Assembly: GCA_965219605.1 (NCBI GenBank)
Contig: CBDCOC010000004.1
Location: forward strand, 28,000-91,999
Length of the DNA: 64,000 nt
Reading direction: 5' to 3'
Origin: Bryobacterales bacterium
Lineage (GTDB): Bacteria > Acidobacteriota > Terriglobia > Bryobacterales > UBA6623
The translations under genes were made by a program, and so were the position numbers. Shown in pieces: positions 27,706-36,600 of the stretch. Under the pieces are notes generated by a model, which did not search any database, was not told where the DNA came from, and worked only from the letters and a program-made list of their open reading frames with translations. Within the stretch, counting starts at the first letter, position 1. Each line of letters begins with the position of its first letter.

Positions 27706-28482
27706 CTATTGCCCCTTGGTCAGCAGCCGCAGCAGTTCTGAATCGGCGCTGAGGATCACGGTCGTATCTTTGTCCAGGGCCTTGCGGTAGGCCTCCAGCG
27801 TGCGGGTCAGCTTGAACAAAGACTGGTTGCGGGAGTAGGCCGCGCCGTAGACGCGAGCGGCCGCCGCGTCGCCCTCGCCCTTCGTCGTCTCGGCCTCCTT
27901 GTAGGCCTTGGCCAGGATCTCCTCCCGCTGCCGGTCGGCCTCGGCCCGGATGCGCAGGGCCTGCTCCTCGCCCTCGGCGCGGTACTGCCGGGCGATCCGC
28001 TCGCGCTCGGCGCGCATGCGCGCGTACACGCTCTGTTTGTTCTGCTCGGGAAGGTTCAGGCGCTTGAGGCGCACGTCCGCGATGCGGATGCCGTACTCCG
28101 CCAAGGCTGCCGCTCCGCTGCGGGCGGCCAGCTGGTCGAGCACTTGTTCCGCCTTGACCGGTACTGGCGCGGCCGACACGATTTCTTCCAGGTCGAGACC
28201 GGCGATCGTCGCTGCCAGGCCTGACCAGACCAGGTCGTGCAGCCGCATCTCGGCCGCCCTCTCGTTGCCCACGGCCTGCACGAAAGACTGCGGGTCGGCG
28301 ATTTGCCACAAGGCGTAGGTGTCGATGCTGAGGTTCTTCTTGTCCTTGGTCAGAAACTCGGAGCGCGGCGGGTTGTAGACGCGCAGGCGCCGGTCGAACC
28401 GCTGCACTTGATGCAGCAGGGGCGCCTTGAAGCGCAGGCCGGCCTCGGTCACGGTGCGGATCGGCTTGCCGAACTGCGTCAC
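27706..28482 (-). CDS. hflC: Protease modulator HflC (SPFH). It begins at GTG and lacks the usual N-terminal TM helix, so the 5' end may be frameshifted.
   Basis: FGKPIRTVTEAGLRFKAPLL..DRRLRVYNP..FLTKDKKNLSIDTYALWQIADPQSF aligns with E. coli HflC residues ~30-120. The in-frame upstream region has no ATG, and a hydrophobic stretch sits in another frame. Confidence 0.7.
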   Translation of the reverse strand: MTQFGKPIRTVTEAGLRFKAPLLHQVQRFDRRLRVYNPPRSEFLTKDKKNLSIDTYALWQIADPQSFVQAVGNERAAEMRLHDLVWSGLAATIAGLDLEEIVSAAPVPVKAEQVLDQLAARSGAAALAEYGIRIADVRLKRLNLPEQNKQSVYARMRAERERIARQYRAEGEEQALRIRAEADRQREEILAKAYKEAETTKGEGDAAAARVYGAAYSRNQSLFKLTRTLEAYRKALDKDTTVILSADSELLRLLTKGQ

Positions 28483-28760
28483 CAGGACGAATTCGGTCTC
28501 TCGTACGGTGAAGAGGGAGGACCAAGCCAGTCGCGCCCCCGGGCGGGGCCCGGATCATTCGGTTGGAAACACGTGGCTTGGCGTAGAATCAGAGCGGAGG
28601 GTTCCGGCAGTCAAGCCCCGTAATTTCATTGGTGCAGTATTTGCCCCAAAGCCAGTCTGGGTCCGGGCGAGCGATCATTCACTAGCGAGGTTTCTTCGGA
28701 AGCACTCCTCAACACCAGCATTGCAGAGCAATTGCCAACCCGGGCCGGGGCCTTCCGTGT

Positions 28761-30182
28761 GTGAGACAGGAGCAGCAGGAGGGAGATATGGCAAGAGAGC
28801 AGCCGGAGCGGGACCTGCCGGTGCAGCGCCCGCAGGTGGCGGGGGTGGACCTCGGCAGCCGCGAGCACTGGGCCTGCGGGCCGCCACGTGCGGACGGCAG
28901 GCCCAACGTGCGCACGTTCGGCACGACCACCGCGCAGTTGGACGCGTTGGCGGACTGGCTGGCGGCCGAAGGCGTGGAATCGGTGGCGCTGGAGAGCACG
29001 TATGTGTACTGGATCCCATTGCACGAGTTGCTGGAGGAGCGCGGTTTCGAGGTGTTGCTGGTCAATGCGCGGCAGTTGAAGAACGTGCCGGGGCGCAAGA
29101 CCGACATGCTGGACTGCCAGTGGCTACAGCGGCTGCACAGTTGCGGCCTGCTGCGGGGCTCGTTCCGGCCGCCCGAGACGGTGACGCAGCTGCGGGCGCT
29201 GCACCGGCAGTGGCAGAGCTTGGTGGCGGAGCGCACGCGCTGCGTGCAATGGATGCAGCGGGCGCTGGATCAGATGAACGTGCAGGTGCATCGGGCGGTG
29301 ACGGATCTGACGGGGCAGACAGGCATGGCGATCGTGCGTGCGATCGTGGCGGGGCAGCGCGATGCGGAGCAGTTGGCGCAGTTGCGCTCGGGGCGCTGCA
29401 AGCACACGGAGGAGCAGTTCGTGGAGTACCTGAGCGGCAACTGGCGGGAGGAGCACCTGTTCAACCTGCGCAGTGCGCTGCGGCTGTACGACGCGGTGCA
29501 GGCCGAGATGGACGGTTACGAGCAGAAGCTGCAAGAGGATCTGCAGCAGCAGGCGGGCGAGGAATGCAGCGCGGAGGAGTGTCCGCGGCACCCGAACGCG
29601 GCCAAGGAGAAAGCCATCCGAAGGCGGGGTGAGCAGCCGCTGCGGACGGCGCTGTACCGCTACGCGAGCGTGGATCTGACGCGCATCGACGGGATTAGCG
29701 CGGGGGCGGCGCGCACGATCCTGACCGAGGTGGGGACGGATCTGGGGTCGTTTCCGAGCGAGCGGCATTTCACGAGCTGGCTGGGCCTGGCGCCGCGGCA
29801 CGCGGTATCGGGCGGGCAGCAGTTGGCGGGCAAGCGGCAGCGCGGGCTGGGAGCGACGCGCACGTCGAACGCGCTGCGCATGGCGGCGACGGCGCTGATC
29901 CGGTCCAAGTCGGCGCTGGGGGCGGCGCTGCGCCGCAAGGCGCGGCACAAGGGGATGAAGACGGCGGTGTTCGCCACCGCCCGCAAGCTGGCGGTGTTGG
30001 TATACCGCATGCTGCGCTTCGGCCAGGACTACGTTGACGAGGGCGAGGCGGCCTACGAGCAGCGCCATCGCCAACGGACCTTGGCCTACCTCAAAACGAC
30101 AGCTAAGGATCTCGGCTACCAGCTGCTTCCCGACACTGCACAAACTGCTTCCCGGGACGCTGTGGGGGCAGGGGCGGGCTAG
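28761..30182 (+). CDS. IS110-family transposase (second, distinct element; IS1111-like subgroup is a guess)
   Basis: 473 aa. The N-terminal VAGVDLGSREHWA (DEDD domain) is followed by a Transposase_20 region (LDLTRIDGISAGAARTILTEVG..FPSERHFTSWLGLAP). The likely start is Met 28788. Confidence 0.8.
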   Translation: MRQEQQEGDMAREQPERDLPVQRPQVAGVDLGSREHWACGPPRADGRPNVRTFGTTTAQLDALADWLAAEGVESVALESTYVYWIPLHELLEERGFEVLLVNARQLKNVPGRKTDMLDCQWLQRLHSCGLLRGSFRPPETVTQLRALHRQWQSLVAERTRCVQWMQRALDQMNVQVHRAVTDLTGQTGMAIVRAIVAGQRDAEQLAQLRSGRCKHTEEQFVEYLSGNWREEHLFNLRSALRLYDAVQAEMDGYEQKLQEDLQQQAGEECSAEECPRHPNAAKEKAIRRRGEQPLRTALYRYASVDLTRIDGISAGAARTILTEVGTDLGSFPSERHFTSWLGLAPRHAVSGGQQLAGKRQRGLGATRTSNALRMAATALIRSKSALGAALRRKARHKGMKTAVFATARKLAVLVYRMLRFGQDYVDEGEAAYEQRHRQRTLAYLKTTAKDLGYQLLPDTAQTASRDAVGAGAG

Positions 30183-30345
30183 GGTGTTTCACACCAGCTG
30201 CTTCCCGACACTGCACAAACTGCTTCCCGGGACGCTGTGGGGGCAGGGGCGGGCTAGGGTGTTTCACACCAGCTGCTTCCCGACACTGCACAAACTGCTT
30301 CCCGGGACGCTGTGGGGGCAGGGGCGGGCTAGGGTGTTTCACACC
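30121..30345. repeat. Perfect 3 x 75-bp tandem direct repeat spanning the 3' end of the IS110 transposase gene
   Basis: The unit AGCTGCTTCCCGACACTGCACAAACTGCTTCCCGGGACGCTGTGGGGGCAGGGGCGGGCTAGGGTGTTTCACACC is repeated exactly at 30121, 30196 and 30271. The transposase stop codon TAG lies inside unit 1. Confidence 0.9.
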
Positions 30346-30479
30346 AGGACCAGGGCTGCCAGCCCAAGCAGGTGCTTGCGATAGCGCGCGGACAGTCCGC
30401 GCCAGGCGAGCGGGGCCCGGTGGCGGCGGTCGAGCGCGTGCGAGCCGTGCTCGCGGGCATGGTGGTGGTCATGCATGGT

Positions 30480-33400
30480 CTATTCCCCCAGTGCGGCCGG
30501 TTCGAACGGCGGCGGAGGCTGCTGCGTCCGGGTCGCGGGCGGCGCGAGCAGCACGCCTTCCTCCATGGCCCACAGCGTGCGGCGCCCCCCGGAAGAGTCG
30601 ATGATGAGCTTCTTGCGCCCGGGCAGGATTTCTTCCATGGCCTCTAGGTACAGGCGCGTGGAGGTCGGGCCGGGAGCCGTGCGATAGGCCGTCTCCAACT
30701 GTTGGAAGCGAGACGCGTCGCCGCCGGCTCGATCTCTGCGGCTGGCCATGTAGCCTTCGGCCTCTCGCACCAGCGCTTCGCCTTGGCCGCGGGCAAGCGC
30801 GACCTGCTCGTTGGCGTAGCCTTCGGCCTCGTTGATCATCCGGACCTTTTCCTCCAAGGCCCCGGCAACCTGGCGGAAGGCATCGACGACCTCTACCGAC
30901 GGATGCATGTCTTGGAAGCGCACCTGGCGCACGCGCACTCCAGTGCCATAGGTCGCGAATCTCTGCTGCAGCTCTTCAGCGGCGCGCTGCTCGGCCGCGC
31001 GCCGCCCGCTGGTCAAGAGCGCGTCGAGCGCGACCGTGTTGACCACGCTGCGCAGCGCTGCTTCCGAGGCGGCGCGGATGACGGCCTCGGCGTCCAGTTG
31101 CCGGAAGATGTAATCGGCGGGCCGCTCGATGTCGTAATGCACCACGGCGGTCATCTCGATCATGTTCTGGTCGCCTGTCAGCATCAGGGTCTCTTCGTCT
31201 TCGAGCTGGATGCGGCCGTCCCGGTGCTGGATGTTCCACTCGTAGGCTGGCGGCTGGCTGAACGCCGTGGACTGCGCGGTGCGAAAGCCGATCTCAACGG
31301 CGCGGATTTCCCGTGCGCGGACGCGCGTCAAGCGGTCAACGGGCCATGGCAGCTTGACATGCAGGCCCGGTTCCTTATCGGGCAGCACCCGGCGCCCGAA
31401 ACGCTCGACCACGCCAACTTCCTCGGTGCGGACCGTGAAGACTGCCGTGGACGCCCACAGTGCGAGCAGGGCGGCCGTGGCGGGCTTGGCCAGCAGGTTG
31501 CGGTTTTCGATCAGCCAGGCGAAGCCGGCGGCCGGATCGACGCTGCGCAGCACGTTCAGGGCCGACTGCCAGAGTGGGGTGCTCCCGAGCTGGGCGCGCA
31601 GCCGGCCCCAGCGCGAGGCCTGGCCTGCCGGCCGCTCGACGCGCAGCAGGCGCACCGAGTTGAGCATGACGAAGATCGAGGAGACTTGGTGGACGCCGGC
31701 AGCGAGAGCCGGCCCCATCCAGCCGATGCCGGCGATGTAGACGGCGACGACATTCACCACTCCGGCGAAGAGGATGATGTTCTGCCACACGGTCGTAACT
31801 GCCCGCTTGGAAACCCCGAACAGCTTGGGCAGCTTGCCGATACCCGGGTTGAGGTCCACGACATCGGCCGCCTCGGCCGCGATGTCGGCCCCGGATCCGC
31901 AAATGGCGACGCCCACATTGGCCGCCGCCAGGGCGGGTGCGTCGTTGACGCCATCTCCGACCATGGCGACCTTGCGGCCTTGGGACTGCAGCTGCTTGAT
32001 GCGGTCAAGCTTTTGCTCTGGCAGCAGTTCGGCTTCCACGTGCGTGATGCCGATCACGCGGGCCATCGCATCCGCCGCCTTGCGGCGGTCTCCGGTGAGC
32101 AGGATGATGTTGCTGATGCCCAGATCTTCGATCTCATGGATCGCGGCATGGGCGCCATGGCGCGGCGTGTCGCGCAACAGAATGGCGCCAGCGCAGCGGT
32201 CGCCGCGGGCGACCAGCACAGGAGTCGCGCCGGCGCGGTCGGAGGCAGACAGGTAGCTCTCGAGACCGCAGATGCCGTGATCGTTCAGGAACGCCTCGTT
32301 CCCGGCGCGGACGATGTGTCCGCCGTGCAGGCATTGGGCTCCGCGCCCCGGCACGATCTGCGCGTCTTGGAATTCCCCGACGGCAAGGCCGCGCTGCTCG
32401 GCGGCGCGCACGACAACCTTGGCCAGAGGGTGGTCCGAGCTTGCTTCCGCGACCGCCCCCAGTGCGAGCACCTGCTCCTCGGTGTGGCCCGGAGCGGCCA
32501 GGATATCGACGATCTCGAACTCCCCGGTGGTCAAGGTGCCGGTCTTGTCGAAGACGATGGTGTCGATCTGGGAGGCCGCCTGCACGACCTGTCCGCCCCG
32601 GGCAAGCAGCCCCCGGCGCGCCAAGCCGCCGATGGCGGCGACCATCGCGGCTGGCGTGGCTAGGATCAGAGCGCAGGGGCAGCCGACGATCAGGACGGCC
32701 ACGGCTCGGCGCGTGCGCTCGGCTGTCTCGACATCGCTCGAGAGCAGGTACACCGCGCCGGCTGCCAGCAGGATGGCAGGCAGGAAGTAACGGGCATAGC
32801 GGTCGGCCGCCCTCACCACCGGTGCCGTGCGATGGTCGCGGGCCTCTTCTACCAAGTGAATCAGGCGCGCCAGCGTGGACTCCTCGGCGGCATGCGTCAC
32901 CCGGATGTGGAGCAAGCCGTGACCGTTGAGGGTGCCCGAAAACACCTCGTCGCCCGCACCCTTGTCGCGGGGCACGGATTCGCCGGTGATCGGGCTCTCG
33001 TCGACCGATGATGCGCCCCGTTCGACCGTGCCGTCAGCAGCGATGCGCTCGCCGGCCCGGACGACAATCACGTCGTCGGGGTCCAAGTTCTCGACATGGA
33101 CTTCGACCTCCTTGCCTGCGCGCAGCACGCGGGCGTGGTGCGGCAGCTGGTCCACGAAGCGGTGGATCGCCCGTTCTGTCCGCCCGGCAGCCCAGGCCTC
33201 CAGACCCTCGCCCAGCAGCATGATGAACATAGCCTCGGCGGCAGCGAGGTACTCGCCGATGGCGAGGGCGGCGCCGGCAGCGATCACGATCGCGAGATCC
33301 GCCGAGATCTTGCGGTCGAGCAGTTCGGCAATCGCCCGGTAGAAGGTCTTGTATCCTGCCAGCACTGCCAGCAGGATCGCGGTGTCGATGCCAAGCAGGG

Positions 33401-33521
33401 AATCGAAGAGGCCCGATAGGTTCAGGAGCAGCAGGACGCCGACGACCGCCGTGAACCCGACGTACTTGACCTGTTCCCGGCGGTCGCGATTAATCGCGTG
33501 GTCCTCGGAGACTACATGCAC
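30480..33521 (-). CDS. P1B-type (heavy-metal) P-type ATPase fused to a C-terminal SPFH/HflK-like domain
   Basis: 1013 aa with no stop between domains. The ATPase hallmarks are CPC (VGCPCALILATP), DKTGTLT and GDGVNDAPAL, and the protein has no N-terminal metal-binding domain. After a TM linker, the C-terminal ~330 aa form an SPFH domain with the HflK-like coiled coil RMINEAEGYANEQVALARGQGEA. Confidence 0.75.
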   Translation of the reverse strand: MHVVSEDHAINRDRREQVKYVGFTAVVGVLLLLNLSGLFDSLLGIDTAILLAVLAGYKTFYRAIAELLDRKISADLAIVIAAGAALAIGEYLAAAEAMFIMLLGEGLEAWAAGRTERAIHRFVDQLPHHARVLRAGKEVEVHVENLDPDDVIVVRAGERIAADGTVERGASSVDESPITGESVPRDKGAGDEVFSGTLNGHGLLHIRVTHAAEESTLARLIHLVEEARDHRTAPVVRAADRYARYFLPAILLAAGAVYLLSSDVETAERTRRAVAVLIVGCPCALILATPAAMVAAIGGLARRGLLARGGQVVQAASQIDTIVFDKTGTLTTGEFEIVDILAAPGHTEEQVLALGAVAEASSDHPLAKVVVRAAEQRGLAVGEFQDAQIVPGRGAQCLHGGHIVRAGNEAFLNDHGICGLESYLSASDRAGATPVLVARGDRCAGAILLRDTPRHGAHAAIHEIEDLGISNIILLTGDRRKAADAMARVIGITHVEAELLPEQKLDRIKQLQSQGRKVAMVGDGVNDAPALAAANVGVAICGSGADIAAEAADVVDLNPGIGKLPKLFGVSKRAVTTVWQNIILFAGVVNVVAVYIAGIGWMGPALAAGVHQVSSIFVMLNSVRLLRVERPAGQASRWGRLRAQLGSTPLWQSALNVLRSVDPAAGFAWLIENRNLLAKPATAALLALWASTAVFTVRTEEVGVVERFGRRVLPDKEPGLHVKLPWPVDRLTRVRAREIRAVEIGFRTAQSTAFSQPPAYEWNIQHRDGRIQLEDEETLMLTGDQNMIEMTAVVHYDIERPADYIFRQLDAEAVIRAASEAALRSVVNTVALDALLTSGRRAAEQRAAEELQQRFATYGTGVRVRQVRFQDMHPSVEVVDAFRQVAGALEEKVRMINEAEGYANEQVALARGQGEALVREAEGYMASRRDRAGGDASRFQQLETAYRTAPGPTSTRLYLEAMEEILPGRKKLIIDSSGGRRTLWAMEEGVLLAPPATRTQQPPPPFEPAALGE

Positions 33522-33699
33522 AGGTAGACAAAGATAGCAGAGGCGGTCGCTTTCCGAGCATGTGTGCCCTGCTGGAAGCTCCTACTGCTGAGGTGCAGCC
33601 AGTGTGCGGTGCTTGCCGCCTCGTAACTGCCCGCTACTAAGCAGCGCAGCACCTTGCCGGCATGCCGAAGCCGAGGCAGGTGGCTCGCAATCCGCCTGA

Positions 33700-36600
33700 T
33701 CAGCCGCCGCGCTGCAACTCGGCCTGCTTGAGCACCCACTCGCGAATTACGCCGTAACCGCGGTCGCTCGCCTCGTAGCGAACGCCGCCCTGGTGCCCGT
33801 CTTCCTCGCCGGATTGAATGTTCAGCGGCTTGCGCAGGAACTTACTGCTCTCCACGTCGTGCAGGTCGACGCGCTCTTGCATGCGCCGGTAATTGCCCAG
33901 CAGCGCCTCGGGCGGGATGTAGCCGGCTGCGTCCGGAGCCTCCAAGTACAGCGTCGGCACGCGCCCCGGCACGCCGTGGCAAGAGATGCAGGCGCGGTTG
34001 TCCCGCGGATCGATGCGCGTCATCTCTGTGAACACGTAGTCGCGGAAGTGAATGATGTCGGCGATCCACTCGTCGGTGTCGGATAGCGGGCGGACAGCGC
34101 TGCCAGGTTGCCCGCGGCTGCCTTCGCTGATGATCTCGCGCAAGCGCTTGCCGTAGATCTTGTCATCGCTGTTGAGGATGTTCTGGATGCGGTTGCGGTA
34201 GACCGGGCTCGGTTCGTGCTCGATCCAGGCCGCCAGGGCCCGCAACACCTCGGGGTGGCGCCGCAGGGCGGTCTTGTTGGCGAGCGCGATTGCCTGCTTG
34301 CGCACGCTCTCGGGGGAGTCCGCGGCGAACCAGGCCGTGAACATACCGATCAATCTGTCCTTGGCCTCCTTGATGGGGTCGATCACGTCCACGCCCAGCT
34401 CGTCCGTAGTGAACAGCGAGCCGGCGATCTCGCCGGGCTCGATCTTCAGGTAGTCCAGCCCGAAAATGTAGTTGGGCTCGGCTTCGTCGCTGGCCCCGAC
34501 CATGCGGAAGGTCAGCCGGTTGCGCCCCTCGCGGAACTCATGCACGCCCAGCGACACGGGGCCAAGCGCGGTGAGCTGCGCGCGGTAGAGGTCGATGGCG
34601 CCTCCGATGCCCTCGCCGTTGAGGAACGGCTGGACGATGCCCATTTCGCGGTCGTGCAGGAACGCTGCGACAAGCTCGTAACGGCCGGCTGCGGGCGCAT
34701 GCACGCCGAATGTGAGCTCATTTCCCGGCAGTCCTTCGCGCCACCACAGGACGGTGTTCAGGCTTGCCAGGCCGTCCGGCACGAGTTGCTTGGTCGTCCG
34801 CCCGCCAGTCAGATCCAAAACCTCCAGATCCTCGCCCTCGGTTGCGCCTTTGACGGCCTCTTCAAGCGTCGGCCCGGTTTCTTGGTAGCGAAGCATCCAT
34901 TCGGTTGACGGCAGCCAGAAGAGCGCGTCCCCGCCGACATGGTCGAAGGCGGAGCGACGGTGGAGCGTGGGGTTGTCGCCTAGGACCTTGCCCAGCAGCG
35001 CCGCCCTCCCGCCTTGCGCCGCGGAGCGGCCCCGCGCGCCGGGAGCCGGCCGGCCGAGCAGGTGCGTCGCGGCGGCGATCGGAGGCTGCCGCCCTGCCGG
35101 GACGAGCAGCCTGAAGAACTCGCGCTCGGTCTCCGCGCTATCCTCTCCCTCGCCGAATTGCCAGCGCACCCGGGACAGGAAACGGACGAGCGCCTCGGCA
35201 TCGGCCTGGCGTCCGGCCGCGAGGAATGCGTCCAGCTTGGCGAGCAGCGGCCGGATCGTGCCGGCATCGCCGCGGAGTCGCAGGGCGCTGGGATTGGACA
35301 GCGCCTTGGCCGCCGCCGCGACCTGTTCCAAATCGTCGCCTTGCAGGAGTTGCAGCAGGTGTCCCTGCAACGGAGCTGAATTCACGTTGGCGGCCCCTTG
35401 TAGCGCGATAGAGCGCCACGGCACCTGCCCGTCGTCGCTGCGCGTCTGGTAGACGTTGAGCAGGATGTCCCCGATCAGCTCGGTCGCGCCCGGTGTCGAA
35501 TAGCCGAGCTGGCCCGGGCCGCCATCGCCCCCGCGCTCCTCGAAATGGGTCGCCGCGACAGCCGCTAGGCGCTGCTCGAGCCGGTCACGGCGGATCCCCT
35601 CGCGCGAGCGGGCCGCCGCCAGCATCTGGTACAGGTCCTCCAACTCGCGATACTGCTGCGCGCGGTTGTCCCGGCCGGTCTGATTCGCGATCTGGCCGTT
35701 GACGATGAGCATGGAGGCGGTCGAGTAGCGCATCGCGTTCTCGACGTGGCCATTCCGCTCCGGGCGGAGCAGAGCACTGACCCAAGCGCGGTTGATGCGC
35801 TGCCGCAAGGGCGGGTTCCAGACCCACTGGCGCCAGGCCGACTTGAACGCATAGGCCCGCACGCCGGGGAAGGGATCCCGCATGGCGGCGGCGAGCAGGG
35901 AGGCCAGTTCGTTACGATCCACTCGCGAGCCCGGCCCGGCGAGATCGGCCCGCATGGTCAGCGCCTGCAGGACCGACTGGCGTGCGCGCTCGTCCCCGCC
36001 GCGGTAGGCGGCCAGCGCGGCCGGCCAGCCTTGGTCATCCAGAAGTAGCTGGCGCAAGGACCAAAAGGCCGCCTCGCGACAGGCCTTGACCGGGTCGGAC
36101 AGGCCTGCGACCAGCGCTGGAATGCCGCTGGCGGCCAGCGCTCCGCCTATGCCGAGATAGCCGTAGTAGCGGACTTGGGGCATTTCGTCCGCGCTGGCGT
36201 CGATCATCAGGTCGGCAAAGTCGGCCCTTCCGGTGGCTTGCAGCGCTCGCGCGCGCGACAGCCGTTGCAGCGGGGATTCGCCGGGTTGCGGTTCGAACTC
36301 GCTGCGCTCGAACGGCCGGGCATCGCCCGGGAACAGGCGGCTGAGGGCGCGGATGACATAGGCGTTGGTGACGAAGCCGGTCTGCGCCGAGCGGTTCCAG
36401 AGGCCGTACTCGAATTGCTTGCCGAGCAGCCACTGCACGGCGCGCCGGACGGGCGGGCTGTCCGGGCCGTGGCCCGCGGCTCGCAGCGCGATCAGGGATA
36501 CCGCCGTGGGCGCCGGATCCCCGTCCTCGTCGATCCGCTGCCAGGAGTCCGCGGCTTGGTCATGCACGCCCAGGTCGAATCCCCACGACCCGTCCTCCTG

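Noticed and set aside
27506-28558. 350-aa ORF in an alternate frame across hflC
   Set aside because: The Arg/Gly/Ala-rich translation has no homology signal. The hflC frame gives an unambiguous SPFH protein.
30121-30345. Tandem repeats as a possible CRISPR array
   Set aside because: The units are contiguous with no spacers, are 75 bp long and are identical. This is a simple tandem duplication, not a repeat-spacer array. No other regularly spaced repeats were found, including in the 61975-62655 leader.
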